Assembly: GCA_963666975.2 (NCBI GenBank)
Contig: CAXVYR010000004.1
Span: forward strand, 1,856,001 to 1,920,000
Reading direction: 5' to 3'
Source of the DNA: Terriglobia bacterium
GTDB lineage: Bacteria; Acidobacteriota; Terriglobia; 2-12-FULL-54-10
DNA length: 64,000 bases
A model generated the notes under the pieces. The model had not been told where the DNA came from. It did no database searches and saw only the letters and a list, made by a program, of their open reading frames with translations. Shown piece after piece: positions 38,707-48,374 of the stretch (positions are counted from its first letter, which is position 1; the number at the start of each line of letters is the position of its first letter). The position numbers were made by a program, and so were the translations under genes.

Positions 38707-40053
38707 CTACGCCACGGAGAGGAGTTCGAGCTTTCCGGTGCTGTCGCCGAACTTCTCCACCGCAAGCCCCAGCTTGTCCAGGACGGTCAGGTAAAGATTC
38801 GTCATCGGCGTATTCTTTGGATACCGGATGTGCCGCCCCCCCTGGATCTGGCCCCTTCCCCCGCCCGCCAACAGGATGGGCAGATTTTGGAGCAAATGCT
38901 CGTTGCCGTCGCTCAAGGAGCTGCCGTAGACGATCAGCAAATGGTCCAGCAGGGAGCCATCGCCGTCTGGCGTAGACCGCAGCTTCTCCAGGAAATACGA
39001 GAACATTTTGGCATGGTACACGTCGATCTGGAACACCTTCTCGAGATTTACGGGATCGCTCCCGTGGTGCGACACCGCATGGTGCACGTCGGGGACGCCG
39101 ATCTCGCGGTAGGTCCGGTTGCTTTGTTCCCGGCCCATCATAAAGGTGATGACGCGAGTCATGTCGGTCTGATAGGCCAGCACCTGCAAATCAAACATCA
39201 ACTTGGCATGCTCCGCGAATGTGGGCGGGACGCCAGCGGGCCGGTCCAGCACCGGCAGCTCGCGGGAGGATTGTTCCTCGGCCATCTGGATGCGCCGCTC
39301 GACGTCGCGAACGGCATCGAGATAGTCGGTGAGCTTGGCGCGGTCGCCCGGGCCGAGCCCCGTCAGGAGGCGGGCAGCAGCCTGGGTCACCGAGTCGAGA
39401 AGGCTGCGGTCTTTCCGGATTCGGGCGCGCCGCGCCGCCGGGTCGGTGCTGTTACTGTCGCCGAACAGGCGTTCAAACACCGCGCGCGGCTGGTATTCGA
39501 CCGGCAGCGGCGTCGTGGCAGTGCGCCAGGAAAGCGTGTTTAGGTAGGCGCAGCTCCAGCCTTTTTCGCATTGGCCCACCACATCGTTGCTGTGCAGGCC
39601 GAGCTCGAGCGAGGCCACTTGCGTTTGCTTGCCGAGTTCCTTCGCAACGATCTGGTCCACCGAAATTCCCACGCGGCCTTCCCGCTTCGGGTGAACGCCC
39701 GTCAGGAAGACGGCGCCGGCGCGCTCATGCGGCGCGGATTCTCCTTCTCCCGGCAACGCATTGCCGGAATTGTTGTTGAGTCCGCTCAGCACGAGAAATT
39801 GATTCCGAAAGGCAGCCAGCGGCTCCAGGGTCGGGCTCAACTCGTAAGCGACGCCCTCCGCCGCTGGAGACCACTGGGCCATGTTCATCCCGTTCGGAGT
39901 ATAAACAAATGACAGGCGGGGCGGCGGGTTGGCCGCCGTGTCCAGCCTGGTTGCGTAAGCGGGAACCATTCCGTCCAGCAACGGCAAAGCGAACGTTGCA
40001 CCGACACCGCGTAAAAATGCGCGGCGAGGGATGGCCTTCTTGAAAATCATCAT
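38707..40053 (-). CDS. DUF1552-domain protein (Tat-like signal)
   Basis: IPRRAFLRGVGATFALPLLDGMVPA, YTPNG, SVDQIVA, PRAVFERLFG, AYQTDMTRV, DGSLLDH, SDGNEH. Confidence 0.92.
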   Translation of the reverse strand: MMIFKKAIPRRAFLRGVGATFALPLLDGMVPAYATRLDTAANPPPRLSFVYTPNGMNMAQWSPAAEGVAYELSPTLEPLAAFRNQFLVLSGLNNNSGNALPGEGESAPHERAGAVFLTGVHPKREGRVGISVDQIVAKELGKQTQVASLELGLHSNDVVGQCEKGWSCAYLNTLSWRTATTPLPVEYQPRAVFERLFGDSNSTDPAARRARIRKDRSLLDSVTQAAARLLTGLGPGDRAKLTDYLDAVRDVERRIQMAEEQSSRELPVLDRPAGVPPTFAEHAKLMFDLQVLAYQTDMTRVITFMMGREQSNRTYREIGVPDVHHAVSHHGSDPVNLEKVFQIDVYHAKMFSYFLEKLRSTPDGDGSLLDHLLIVYGSSLSDGNEHLLQNLPILLAGGGRGQIQGGRHIRYPKNTPMTNLYLTVLDKLGLAVEKFGDSTGKLELLSVA

Positions 40054-42478
40054 GGTTCCTGCGACCTCCTCATCTGAAATGGCATGCTCTTGGCTGTAGC
40101 CAGAATGAGCGACGACCAGCGGTAGTCGCTGGCAGCCACCTCCCGCATGATCCTCCGGATGGCCGGACCATCGGTATACTCGACCCCGCGGCCCAGGGCA
40201 TACGTCAGAAGTCTTTCGGTGACTGTGGTGACAAATTGTTCCCGGCGTTTCAGCAGCAACACCTTCCGAAGCCCAGCCGGGCCCTGAAACTCGGTGCCGT
40301 CGGGGAGCACCCCCGAGGAATCGATTGGGGCGTCGGCATCGGTGTCTCGCCACCTGCCAATCCCGTCAAAGTTTTCCAGAGCGAAGCCCAGCGGGTCCAT
40401 CACCTTGTGGCAACTCGCGCAAACGGGATTCGCGCGGTGCTGCTCCATCTGCTGGCGCATCGAGAGAATCTTGCCCTCCTCGTTGCGTTGCTTCAGTTCC
40501 GGAATGTTTGGCGGGGGCGGCGGGGGCGGCGCGCTCAGGATGTTTTCCAGCACCCACTTGCCGCGCTGCACCGGAGAAGTCCTGTTGGCGTACGACGTCA
40601 CGGTCAGGATACTTCCCTGGCCCAGCAATCCCCCTCGGTTCTCATCGCTCAATTGCACGCGCCGAAAATGGCTGCCATAAATATTCGGAATCCCGTAGTG
40701 CCGGGCCAGACGCTCATTGACGAACGTATAGTCCGCATTCAACAGCTCCAGCGCGCTGCGATCCTCGCGCAGCAGACTTTCAAAGAAAAGCTCCGTCTCC
40801 TGCTGGAACGCCTCCCGCAGGTTATCGTCGAAATAGGGAAACACCTCCGGGTCCGGCGACGCCGAGCGCAGATTGCGCAGAAACAGCCACTGTCCGGCGA
40901 AATTGCTCACCAGAGCCTTGGAGCGGGAATCGGCAAGCATCCGCTGTACCTGCTGCTCCAACATCGCAGGATCTTTGAGCTGGCCGCGTTCGGCCAAGCC
41001 TAGAAGCTCGTCGTCGGGAATGCTGCTCCAGAGGAAAAATGACAAACGCGAGGACAGTTCCAAGTCGCTGATGCGGTAGACGGCGCCCGGCGCCACGTTC
41101 GCCGGATCGGGTTCGATGCGGAACAGGAACTCCGGGCCAACCAGTATTCTTTCGAGCGCCGTACCGATCCCCGCTTCGAAGCCTCCCTCGCTCCGGCCGG
41201 CGCGGTAGAAGCTCATCAAAATCTGGGTATCTTCGTCCGTAAGAGACCGACGATACGCGCGACGCGCCAGCGTGGAGAGAATCTTTTCGGCGCAGGGCTC
41301 AGCTTCCTCTCCGGCTTCCGGGCGGCACAGAAAAATCTTGCGGCGGCTGGCTGTTTCGCCCAGCCCTTTAGCGTCGTAGGGTCCGCCGATAGCGACACTG
41401 GCCACCGCCGGCTCGCCGCCCTTATATTGAGCAAAGTCATACTGCGCCATCCGGGGCCGAAGCGGACTTTCCGGAACCGTGGTTTCTTTCAGGAAGGAGA
41501 CCGCTACCAGCCGCGTACCCGCTTTCGCAGGGAAACGGACCTCTAAAGCCTCATCCGCCGTGCGCTCGTATTGTTCTTGCGCGAGGTCCCCCACGTTGGC
41601 CGATGAAAAAAGCGCGGACGGCCTGCCCTTGCGCTCGCCCCCAATTGTGAATTGCTGGATTCTTGCGCCATCCAGGCGGACATCGAGCTGGTGGGGCTCG
41701 CCGAGGCCGCGGATATAAGCCCTGCTGTTCTTTTGCAGGCGGATTCTGAGGATGTATTCGCCATCGAGCGGGAAGTGATGGCGAATCGCGGTTCCGCCAC
41801 GCGTTCCAAACGGGAGGTCATCGCCCATACGGTCATCCTGCATCATGTACTTGGGAACATTGTAGGTCTCAACAGACGGAAGGACAGCGGAATCTCCAAT
41901 GGCCAGGCGGCTGATCTTCCGTCCCGCCGACATGTATCGTTCCAGCAGCAGCGGCGAAACCGTCAGGACATCGCCAACGTTGTCAAAGCCGTACCTGGAA
42001 TCATCAGCGGGAAGCAGCGCCCCCCCCCATCGATTTCGACCGCCAGCAGGTCGCGGATGGCATTCGCGTATTCGGCGCGGTTGAGGCGCTGGATGGACGG
42101 CCTGCCGGGATTCGGATTGGCCGCGGCGGCGCGATCAAGCTCCGTCTCCAGGTACGTGGCGAAGGAATCGTAGGTGGCCGGATCGGGACGCGGCAGGCCG
42201 GATGGGGGCATCGCGCTGGTCCGCAGTTTCCGTATCACTTTTTCCCACACCTCGGCGCCTTTGCTGACTTTCTCAATATCTATCTTCTCAAGCGTAAGGC
42301 CCGCCGTCCGGAGCTTCTCGTTGTGGCATGTGACACAGTAACGATCGAGAACCGCGCGGAATTGTGTGGCGGATGGCGCGGCGGGACTCGATGGCTGCTG
42401 GTTAGCTGCCGGAAGGTAGCTGGCCGTGGCCAGCGCAATTGCTATCCAGCAAGAGATCGTTTTCGACGGTCTTAACAT
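40050..42478 (-). CDS. DUF1587/1592/1588/1585/1595 cytochrome c protein, frameshifted at a G9 tract (42020-42028)
   Basis: CVTCH, RLNRAEYANAIRDLL, LSFFLWSSIPDDEL, TSPVQRGKWV, HRANPVCASCH, LTYALGRG. Correcting the tract restores LLPADDSRYGFDN. Confidence 0.88.
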
Positions 42479-42612
42479 TGAAATCAATCCCTCAGATACC
42501 GCCAGCGAGAAGGAATATGATTAGCCGGACTATAGCAAGCAACTCAAGCATTTTCAAGGGGAAACGGCCTCGCCGGCCGCCCTGCCAGCTGCGCGGGTGG
42601 ACACACCCCCAG

Positions 42613-42651
42613 CCTGCCCTGAGCGCAGCCGAAGGGAGCGAAGCCGAAGGA
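42613..42651 (-). repeat. Family A repeat (two left units, one right unit)
   Basis: CCTGCCCTG AGCGCAGCCGAAGGG AGCGAAGCCGAAGGA on the plus strand. Confidence 0.75.
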
Positions 42652-42724
42652 TCTGCAAGCGGACACCAAACGCTAGGCGACTGAACCAGGTTTCGGGGGC
42701 GCTCCATTACTGTCGCGGCTCGGA

Positions 42725-42990
42725 TTACTGCGTCGGCACTCGGCGTTTCAACTCTTCAAACCAGTTGAGCACGACGTGAATTGCGTCGCCGCCTGCTCGT
42801 TTGGTTTGACCATCAGGAACCGCTGCCCGTCGGGTGTGACATCGTAGTTTGCCCAAGACGTGGGGCTCCTCTCGTACCTTTCCTCGAAGAGCAGCCTGGG
42901 TTTGCTCGCAGTGAAGGTTGGCTCGGTCGTGATGTCAACTGCCATCATGTGGTCACCATTTATACTGCGGTAGAACAGCTCCCGCCTAAT
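42725..42990 (-). pseudogene. C-terminal remnant of a PD40/TolB-like beta-propeller protein (type usually fused to a Ser/Thr kinase)
   Basis: RELFYR...MMAVDI...PRLLFE...NYDVTPDGQRFLMVK, then frameshifted VVLNWFEELKRRVP*. Confidence 0.75.
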
Positions 42991-43155
42991 TGAAAATATT
43001 GGTGAAAGATTACATGAGGGGAGATGGAAAATCAATCGGCGTCAGGAGACTCCCGGCCCAATGACAGGAACGGGTCACCAAGCCCATCTCTAACGGCACA
43101 ACTGGAACCACAACTGGAACAATGATCTGAACAGCAGAGCTTCAATCCCGCCTTC

Positions 43156-44178
43156 TTACTCCAAGGCCACTTCGACCTCAATGCGGTGGTGGCCGGTGGC
43201 GCCATCCGGCCAGGGGCTGGCTTCTTCGGCTGTTTGCACTTCCCCGCGTCCGTTCACAGCGCGCATCCACAGGGTGTGCTTACCAGAGACCAGGGGCTGC
43301 CACTCGTACCGCCAGAAGGTCCAGACATACGGCGAGGGATTGCTGACGATCTCGGCCGGTTGCCAGGAAGCTCCTTCGTCGTCGCTCACCTCGACGCGCT
43401 CGATTCCGGAGGCGTCAGCGACGGCGTAGCCTGCCAGCAGAAAACGCTCGCCGGAAAGCCTGGCTCCGTCACCGGGGCTGTCCACCACGCTGCGGGTCTG
43501 GCGCTCGGCGGTGTCGGACCAGCCTTTCCGCTCCCAATAGCCCAGTTGATGCTCGGCCAAGAATTCGATACCGGAAAGCCACTTCGGCTGTTTCATCCCG
43601 TACTTGCCGGGGAAAAAGACCCGCAGCGGGTAGCCATGCGCGCGCGGCAGCGGCTCGCCATTCATCTCGCAAGCCAGGAAATTATCTTCCCAGAGAAGGC
43701 GTTCGAGCGGGAGGCCGGTGGATAAGCCGTCGGCGGCGTGCAGAAGCGCGGCCGTGGCCTCCGGCTTGGGACGCGCCAACTCCAGCAAGGGCCGCAAAGC
43801 GGTCCCGCGCCAGCGGGCGTTGCCAATCCACGGCCCTCCAATGCGATTCGAGATGCATTCCAGCGTCAGAGCGCGCTCCAGTTGGGGTAGGTCTTTGATC
43901 TGGTCCAAAGTCAGCGAAAGGGGATTTCCCACCAGGCCGTTGATGTTCAGTCGCCACTGAGCCGGATCGATGTGGGGGGCCGACCCTTTGGAAGTAACGT
44001 AGAAGTCGCCGTTGGAGGTGATGGCTTCGAGCGCCGCCCGCTCGCCCAGCAACAGGTAATCTTCCACATGGATGCGGCGGGAAGGAGGCACGGGCCTGAA
44101 TTTATTGTAGAGCGTCATCAGCGCCACAAACCATGCGCTCCCTGCGACGCTCACGATAATGAAACGCCTGCGGTCCAT
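43156..44178 (-). CDS. Sulfite-oxidase-family molybdopterin oxidoreductase
   Basis: MDRRRF Tat-like start, TLECISN, GNARWRG, MNGEPLPRAHGYPLR, GKYGMKQPKW, GYWE..GW, Ig-like dimerisation domain. Confidence 0.92.
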   Translation of the reverse strand: MDRRRFIIVSVAGSAWFVALMTLYNKFRPVPPSRRIHVEDYLLLGERAALEAITSNGDFYVTSKGSAPHIDPAQWRLNINGLVGNPLSLTLDQIKDLPQLERALTLECISNRIGGPWIGNARWRGTALRPLLELARPKPEATAALLHAADGLSTGLPLERLLWEDNFLACEMNGEPLPRAHGYPLRVFFPGKYGMKQPKWLSGIEFLAEHQLGYWERKGWSDTAERQTRSVVDSPGDGARLSGERFLLAGYAVADASGIERVEVSDDEGASWQPAEIVSNPSPYVWTFWRYEWQPLVSGKHTLWMRAVNGRGEVQTAEEASPWPDGATGHHRIEVEVALE

Positions 44179-44458
44179 TCGGTCTCCCTAATGTACAAGC
44201 AGCCGGAAAAACACCCTGGCTCCCGTCAGCAAAGACTGCCCTATGCCTCAATGATGCCACACACGGTTGCCGTCAATCCTGCGCTTGATTGGAAATATTT
44301 TGGGGAGACTACCCGATGTGAGAGGGCAGATCAATTGAGGGCAGAGGACAACGGAAGGAGATCAATATGAGATTGTGTTGACAGGAGAGCTGGCGTAAGA
44401 TTCTATGCAAATTATTAGATTGAAACCGCTATTTTCGCTACGGTGCGGCGGGTTTTAA

Positions 44459-44475
44459 CTGGCACGGTTGCTGTT
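44459..44475 (+). promoter_or_regulatory. Degenerate sigma54-type promoter upstream of the amtB remnant
   Basis: CTGGCACGGTTGCTGT: good -24 box, but -12 is CTGT instead of TTGC. Confidence 0.35.
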
Positions 44476-44541
44476 CTGTTTACAAGCTTTCATCGGCATA
44501 AAAATCCAGCAGGAAATTTCTTGAAGAGAAGATGTTGAACC

Positions 44542-44856
44542 ATGTTGTTCAGTTCCATACGAAGCAGCCTATGGGTGGTGTGTCTTCTCGCTTGTCCAAC
44601 CGCTGGCGCTTGCCTCCTTTCAGGCTCCGGAAGAAGCGTCCACGCAGAGCAGTCAGCCGGCGTCCCCGGTCGCGGCACCGACGGAACCATCGGCAATAGA
44701 TTCCGGAGACACGGCCTGGTCGTCGATCTCCGCGTCGGCGCGGATGATGATGAGGATGACGGTCTGGATATTTCCCAGCACGGCGAAAGCGGCTATAACT
44801 GGGAGGCAGGATTCCCATGGGAATGTGGAGTTCCGCCCGCCGGCGGGGCTCCGTAA
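44542..44856 (+). pseudogene. amtB: Ammonium transporter remnant with nearly all TM helices deleted
   Basis: One frame reads ...EPSAIDSGDTAW (Amt N-terminus). From 44713 another frame reads GLVVDLRVGADDDEDDGLDISQHGESGYN (Amt C-terminus). Confidence 0.8.
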
Positions 44857-44953
44857 ATCCTGCCCCCATCCTGGAGCATAAAACCGCTGGGATCTGCACG
44901 TATGAAGAAACCAGACCATTTTTACAGTTAGTGTGCAGTCGGAGCCGCGAGAG

Positions 44954-45016
44954 CCTGCCCTGCCTGCCCTGAGCGTAGCCGAAGGGAGCGAAGCCGAAGG
45001 GAGCGAAGCCGAGGGG
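44954..45016 (-). repeat. Family A nested repeat (three left, two right units) inside a family C hairpin
   Basis: Flanked by GGAGCCGCGA and TGAGGGAGCGG...TTTTTCAACAACCT. Confidence 0.8.
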
Positions 45017-45135
45017 TGAGGGAGCGGACAAATGGTGTTTTTCAACAACCTACTAAGCCCAGGCGTCGGAGGGCAGGGCGGTCGCGGCTCGGGCACGGTA
45101 GATAGCAACTGGAGAACCGCTCCAGCCAATTCTTA

Positions 45136-45534
45136 TTACTTGAAGCGCACAGTTACACTGCTTCGACCTTCTCGAACGGCGCGCAGCAGCCGGACCCACA
45201 GCGTTTTCTTCACCACTGTGCGGAAGGCAGGCGCCAGGCATAGAAAGCCCAGAGCATCGGTGAGGATTCCCGGCGTGAGGAGCAACGCGGCTGCCAGCAA
45301 GATGATCACGCCGTCCACGATGGGCCCGGCCGGCAGCCCCCCGGCATCGATCTCGCTGCGCACCTGCTGCAATGTACGCAACCCTTGCCGGCGCGCGAGG
45401 AAGGCGCCTAAGGCTCCCGTGCATGCGATCAGCGACAACGTAGCCAGAGTGCCGATGTGCCGGCCCACTTCAATGAGAAGAGCCAACTCCACAGCCGGAA
45501 CAAGAATAAAGAGTACCAGCAGCTTGCCAATCAT
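45136..45534 (-). CDS. fxsA: FxsA family membrane protein
   Basis: FILVPAVELALLIEVG, LARRQG, LLLTPGILTDALG. Confidence 0.9.
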   Translation of the reverse strand: MIGKLLVLFILVPAVELALLIEVGRHIGTLATLSLIACTGALGAFLARRQGLRTLQQVRSEIDAGGLPAGPIVDGVIILLAAALLLTPGILTDALGFLCLAPAFRTVVKKTLWVRLLRAVREGRSSVTVRFK

Positions 45535-45772
45535 CTTCAGCCATTATATACGGCCAGTGAAAGTAGCACGGCTACTCAAATGCTCAATCCTAGCTTGCCA
45601 ACTGGAGCAATTGCCGGAGGGGCAGGCAACATAAAATCCAGAAGAACCCAACTCTAAGCACGTCGCTCGATAGGAGCATTCCGATTGCTATAGCAAAGGG
45701 CTGTTATCGGCAGGAAGGGATAGACGCGCCAGCAGCGGCAATAGCGGCTTCCCGTGTGTGAAGAGGCCGTCC

Positions 45773-47692
45773 TTAAAGCGACCGCCCGCGCAACAATCGC
45801 AGCGCGTCGGGCTCCGCGTTGCCATCTGCGTTCTCCGCAGCGCCGGCTGACGGTGCGACAGCACCGCCTTCCCCGGGCGACAGGAACAGGTTCGCCTCGA
45901 GGCCGTGCTGTTTGGTGTAAAGCTCGTAGTAACGTCCTCGCGCTGCATAGAGCGACTCGTGCGTGCCGTGCTCGAGGATGCTGCCGTCCTCGAGGACAAG
46001 AATCTGGTCCGCGCGCCGGATCGTGGACAATCGATGGGCGATGACGAAAGTAGTGCGCCCGCGCATCAGGTAGGCGAGACCTTCCTGAATGAGTTCCTCC
46101 GATTCCGAATCAAGGCTGGAAGTCGCCTCATCCAGAATCAAGATGCGCGGATCGGCCAGCACGGCGCGCGCTATGGAAACGCGCTGGCGTTGCCCGCCGC
46201 TCAGCTTGACGCCGCGCTCGCCAATCACGGTGTCGTATTTATGATCGAAGCGTTCTGCAAACTCATCCACCCGCGCGATGCGGCACGCGGCGAGGATCTG
46301 ACCGTCACTCGCTTCGGGAAAGGAAAAAGCCACGTTCTCGCGAATCGTGCCGTCAAACAGGAACGAATCCTGCAACACCACGCCCAAATGCGCGCGAAAA
46401 GAATCCAGGCGGACCGTCGCCAGGTCCACGCCGTCCACCAGCACATGCCCCTCCTGCGGCACGTGAAACGCCGCAATCAGGCCGGTCACCGTGGATTTGC
46501 CCGAGCCCGAGGAGCCCACCAGCGCCGTCACCGTGCCTGGACCCGCGCGAAAAGACACGTCGTGCAGCACGGTCCTGTCCGCTTCGTACGCGAAGCGGAC
46601 ACGGTCGAATTCGACCTCACCCTCGATCTCGCGCAGCACTGCGGTGCGGCGCGGGTCTTCGTCCTCGGGGCGTTCTCGCAACACTTCGCGGGTCCGCTCC
46701 AGGCCGGCAATCGCTTCGGTCAACTGCGTGCCGATGCCCACGACTTGAAACAGCGGCGCCACCAGGAAACCGAGGAATACGGTGTATGTAAAAAACCCGC
46801 CAAGCGTAAGCGCGCCGCTCAGCACCTGACGCACGCCGAGAAACATCACGAGCGCGCCCACGACACCCATCAGCGCGGTCGAGGCAAAGGAGAGGGCCGA
46901 CATCGCCGTCAGCGAGCGAAAAACATTGTCGAGCAGCCGTTCCACACCGCCCGCGAACACCCTGTGTTCCCGCGCTTCCGCGTGATAGCCCTTCACCACG
47001 CGCACGCCCCCCAGCGACTCGGTGAGCCGCCCGGTGACCTCCGCGTTGATTTTGGCGCGCTCGCGAAAAATGGGCCGGATAGTGCGGAATGCCTTGCGCA
47101 GCGCAACTCCAAAAATGAGCAGGAATGCAAAGGCCATGCCCGTCATCAATGGGCTGATGCCTACGAGAACCACAAGAGCGATGGCTGCCGTGAGCAAGCC
47201 GCCCGCGAACTGGACCAGCCCCGTGCCGATCAGGTTACGCACGCCTTCTACGTCGCTCATAATCCGCGACACCAGCGCGCCCGACTTGTTGGCGTCGTAA
47301 TAGGCCACCGGCAGCCGCCCCACGTGCTCCTGCACCTTGCAGCGCAGCTCGGCGATCAACTTTTGCGCCGCCTTCGAAAGAGTTTGCGTCAGAGCATATG
47401 ACGTTGCTCCCTGCACCAGCGTGGCCAGCAGCACGGCGGCCACCAGCGGCAGAAGCAGTTGTATTTGCCGCTCGCCGATAATGTCGTCAATCAGGAATTT
47501 CGTCGAGGCAGGCAGCACCAGCCCGGAGACGCGGTTGACGGCCATCAGCGCGAAGCCTGCCGCCAGCAGTCGCCGGCGCGGCCGCAGCAACTCCCAGATT
47601 TCTGGAAGCGCCGCGATCATCTCACGAGGGCTTTTCTTTGGTTTGGTTTTTTCCGGTTTAGTTTTCTCCGGCTTGGTTTTCTCCTCGTCCAT
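45773..47692 (-). CDS. ABC exporter, fused permease and ATPase (MsbA-like)
   Basis: TM domain, GSSGSGKS, LSGGQRQR, ILDEATSSLD, IAHRLSTI. ATG at 47692 with RBS aggag. Confidence 0.95.
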   Translation of the reverse strand: MDEEKTKPEKTKPEKTKPKKSPREMIAALPEIWELLRPRRRLLAAGFALMAVNRVSGLVLPASTKFLIDDIIGERQIQLLLPLVAAVLLATLVQGATSYALTQTLSKAAQKLIAELRCKVQEHVGRLPVAYYDANKSGALVSRIMSDVEGVRNLIGTGLVQFAGGLLTAAIALVVLVGISPLMTGMAFAFLLIFGVALRKAFRTIRPIFRERAKINAEVTGRLTESLGGVRVVKGYHAEAREHRVFAGGVERLLDNVFRSLTAMSALSFASTALMGVVGALVMFLGVRQVLSGALTLGGFFTYTVFLGFLVAPLFQVVGIGTQLTEAIAGLERTREVLRERPEDEDPRRTAVLREIEGEVEFDRVRFAYEADRTVLHDVSFRAGPGTVTALVGSSGSGKSTVTGLIAAFHVPQEGHVLVDGVDLATVRLDSFRAHLGVVLQDSFLFDGTIRENVAFSFPEASDGQILAACRIARVDEFAERFDHKYDTVIGERGVKLSGGQRQRVSIARAVLADPRILILDEATSSLDSESEELIQEGLAYLMRGRTTFVIAHRLSTIRRADQILVLEDGSILEHGTHESLYAARGRYYELYTKQHGLEANLFLSPGEGGAVAPSAGAAENADGNAEPDALRLLRGRSL

Positions 47693-47814
47693 ATCTCTCC
47701 TATTAGAGCATGTTCCGGTGTTTTTCGTACCGCGTCGTCTCGGCGGAGCAGCTATATCGTTTTCGCAAATGGTGGAGACTGCTCCGCCATCGGGACCAGG
47801 CATTCTCTTTGGCG

Positions 47815-47928
47815 GTCATCCTGAGCCATTCGGCTGCGCTCAGGGTAAACTCCGCGACGAAGGATCTGCTTTGGTACGCGGGGATGGGTCCTTTCCCGGC
47901 TGAAAAGCAGATTCCTCGCTGCGCTCGG
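47815..47928 (+). repeat. GTCATCCTGAGC...GAAGGATCT / AGATTCCTCGCTGCGCTCGG REP-like element carrying a family A-like insert
   Basis: Insert CCATTCGGCTGCGCT-CAGGGTAAA at 47826-47849 within the palindrome. Confidence 0.6.
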
Positions 47929-48041
47929 CTGCAACGGCGTATGGACGAACATGGAAAGTGGACCAATAACCGGGGGCAGGTCATGAGGGAGCGGACACAA
48001 CCGCACAGCAAATTCTCGGCTGTGTTTGACTGCTCGCTGCT

Positions 48042-48113
48042 CCCTTCGGCTTCGCTCCCTTCGGCTATGCTCCCTTCGGCTTCGCTCAGGGCAGGCAGGG
48101 CAGGCGGGACAGG
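48042..48113 (+). repeat. Family A nested repeat (three left, three right units) inside a family C hairpin
   Basis: 15-bp units at 48042, 48057, 48072; 9-bp units at 48087, 48096, 48105. Confidence 0.88.
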
Positions 48114-48374
48114 CGCGCGCGGCTCGCCGGACCGAAGGTCCTCTGGACCGCAGGCAGGCTCGGATTGAATTTACGAACCCCTGGCAAACTAAAAGTGCCC
48201 ATCTGCCGTGGCCACCCGCTTTTGACAATCCAAATTGGAATGGATAGGATGAGGCCATGAAGCAACGGCGGATTCGCAAGACAAGCGAAATCCCTTTGTC
48301 TGACCTTACAACTCTTCTCAAAGCCCGCCTTCCGCTCATTTTGCCGGTCATCCTGGAGATCTGAAACCCAGCCC

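Noticed and set aside
48042-48113. Short repeat arrays as CRISPR or tRNA
   Set aside because: No unique spacers and no cloverleaf.
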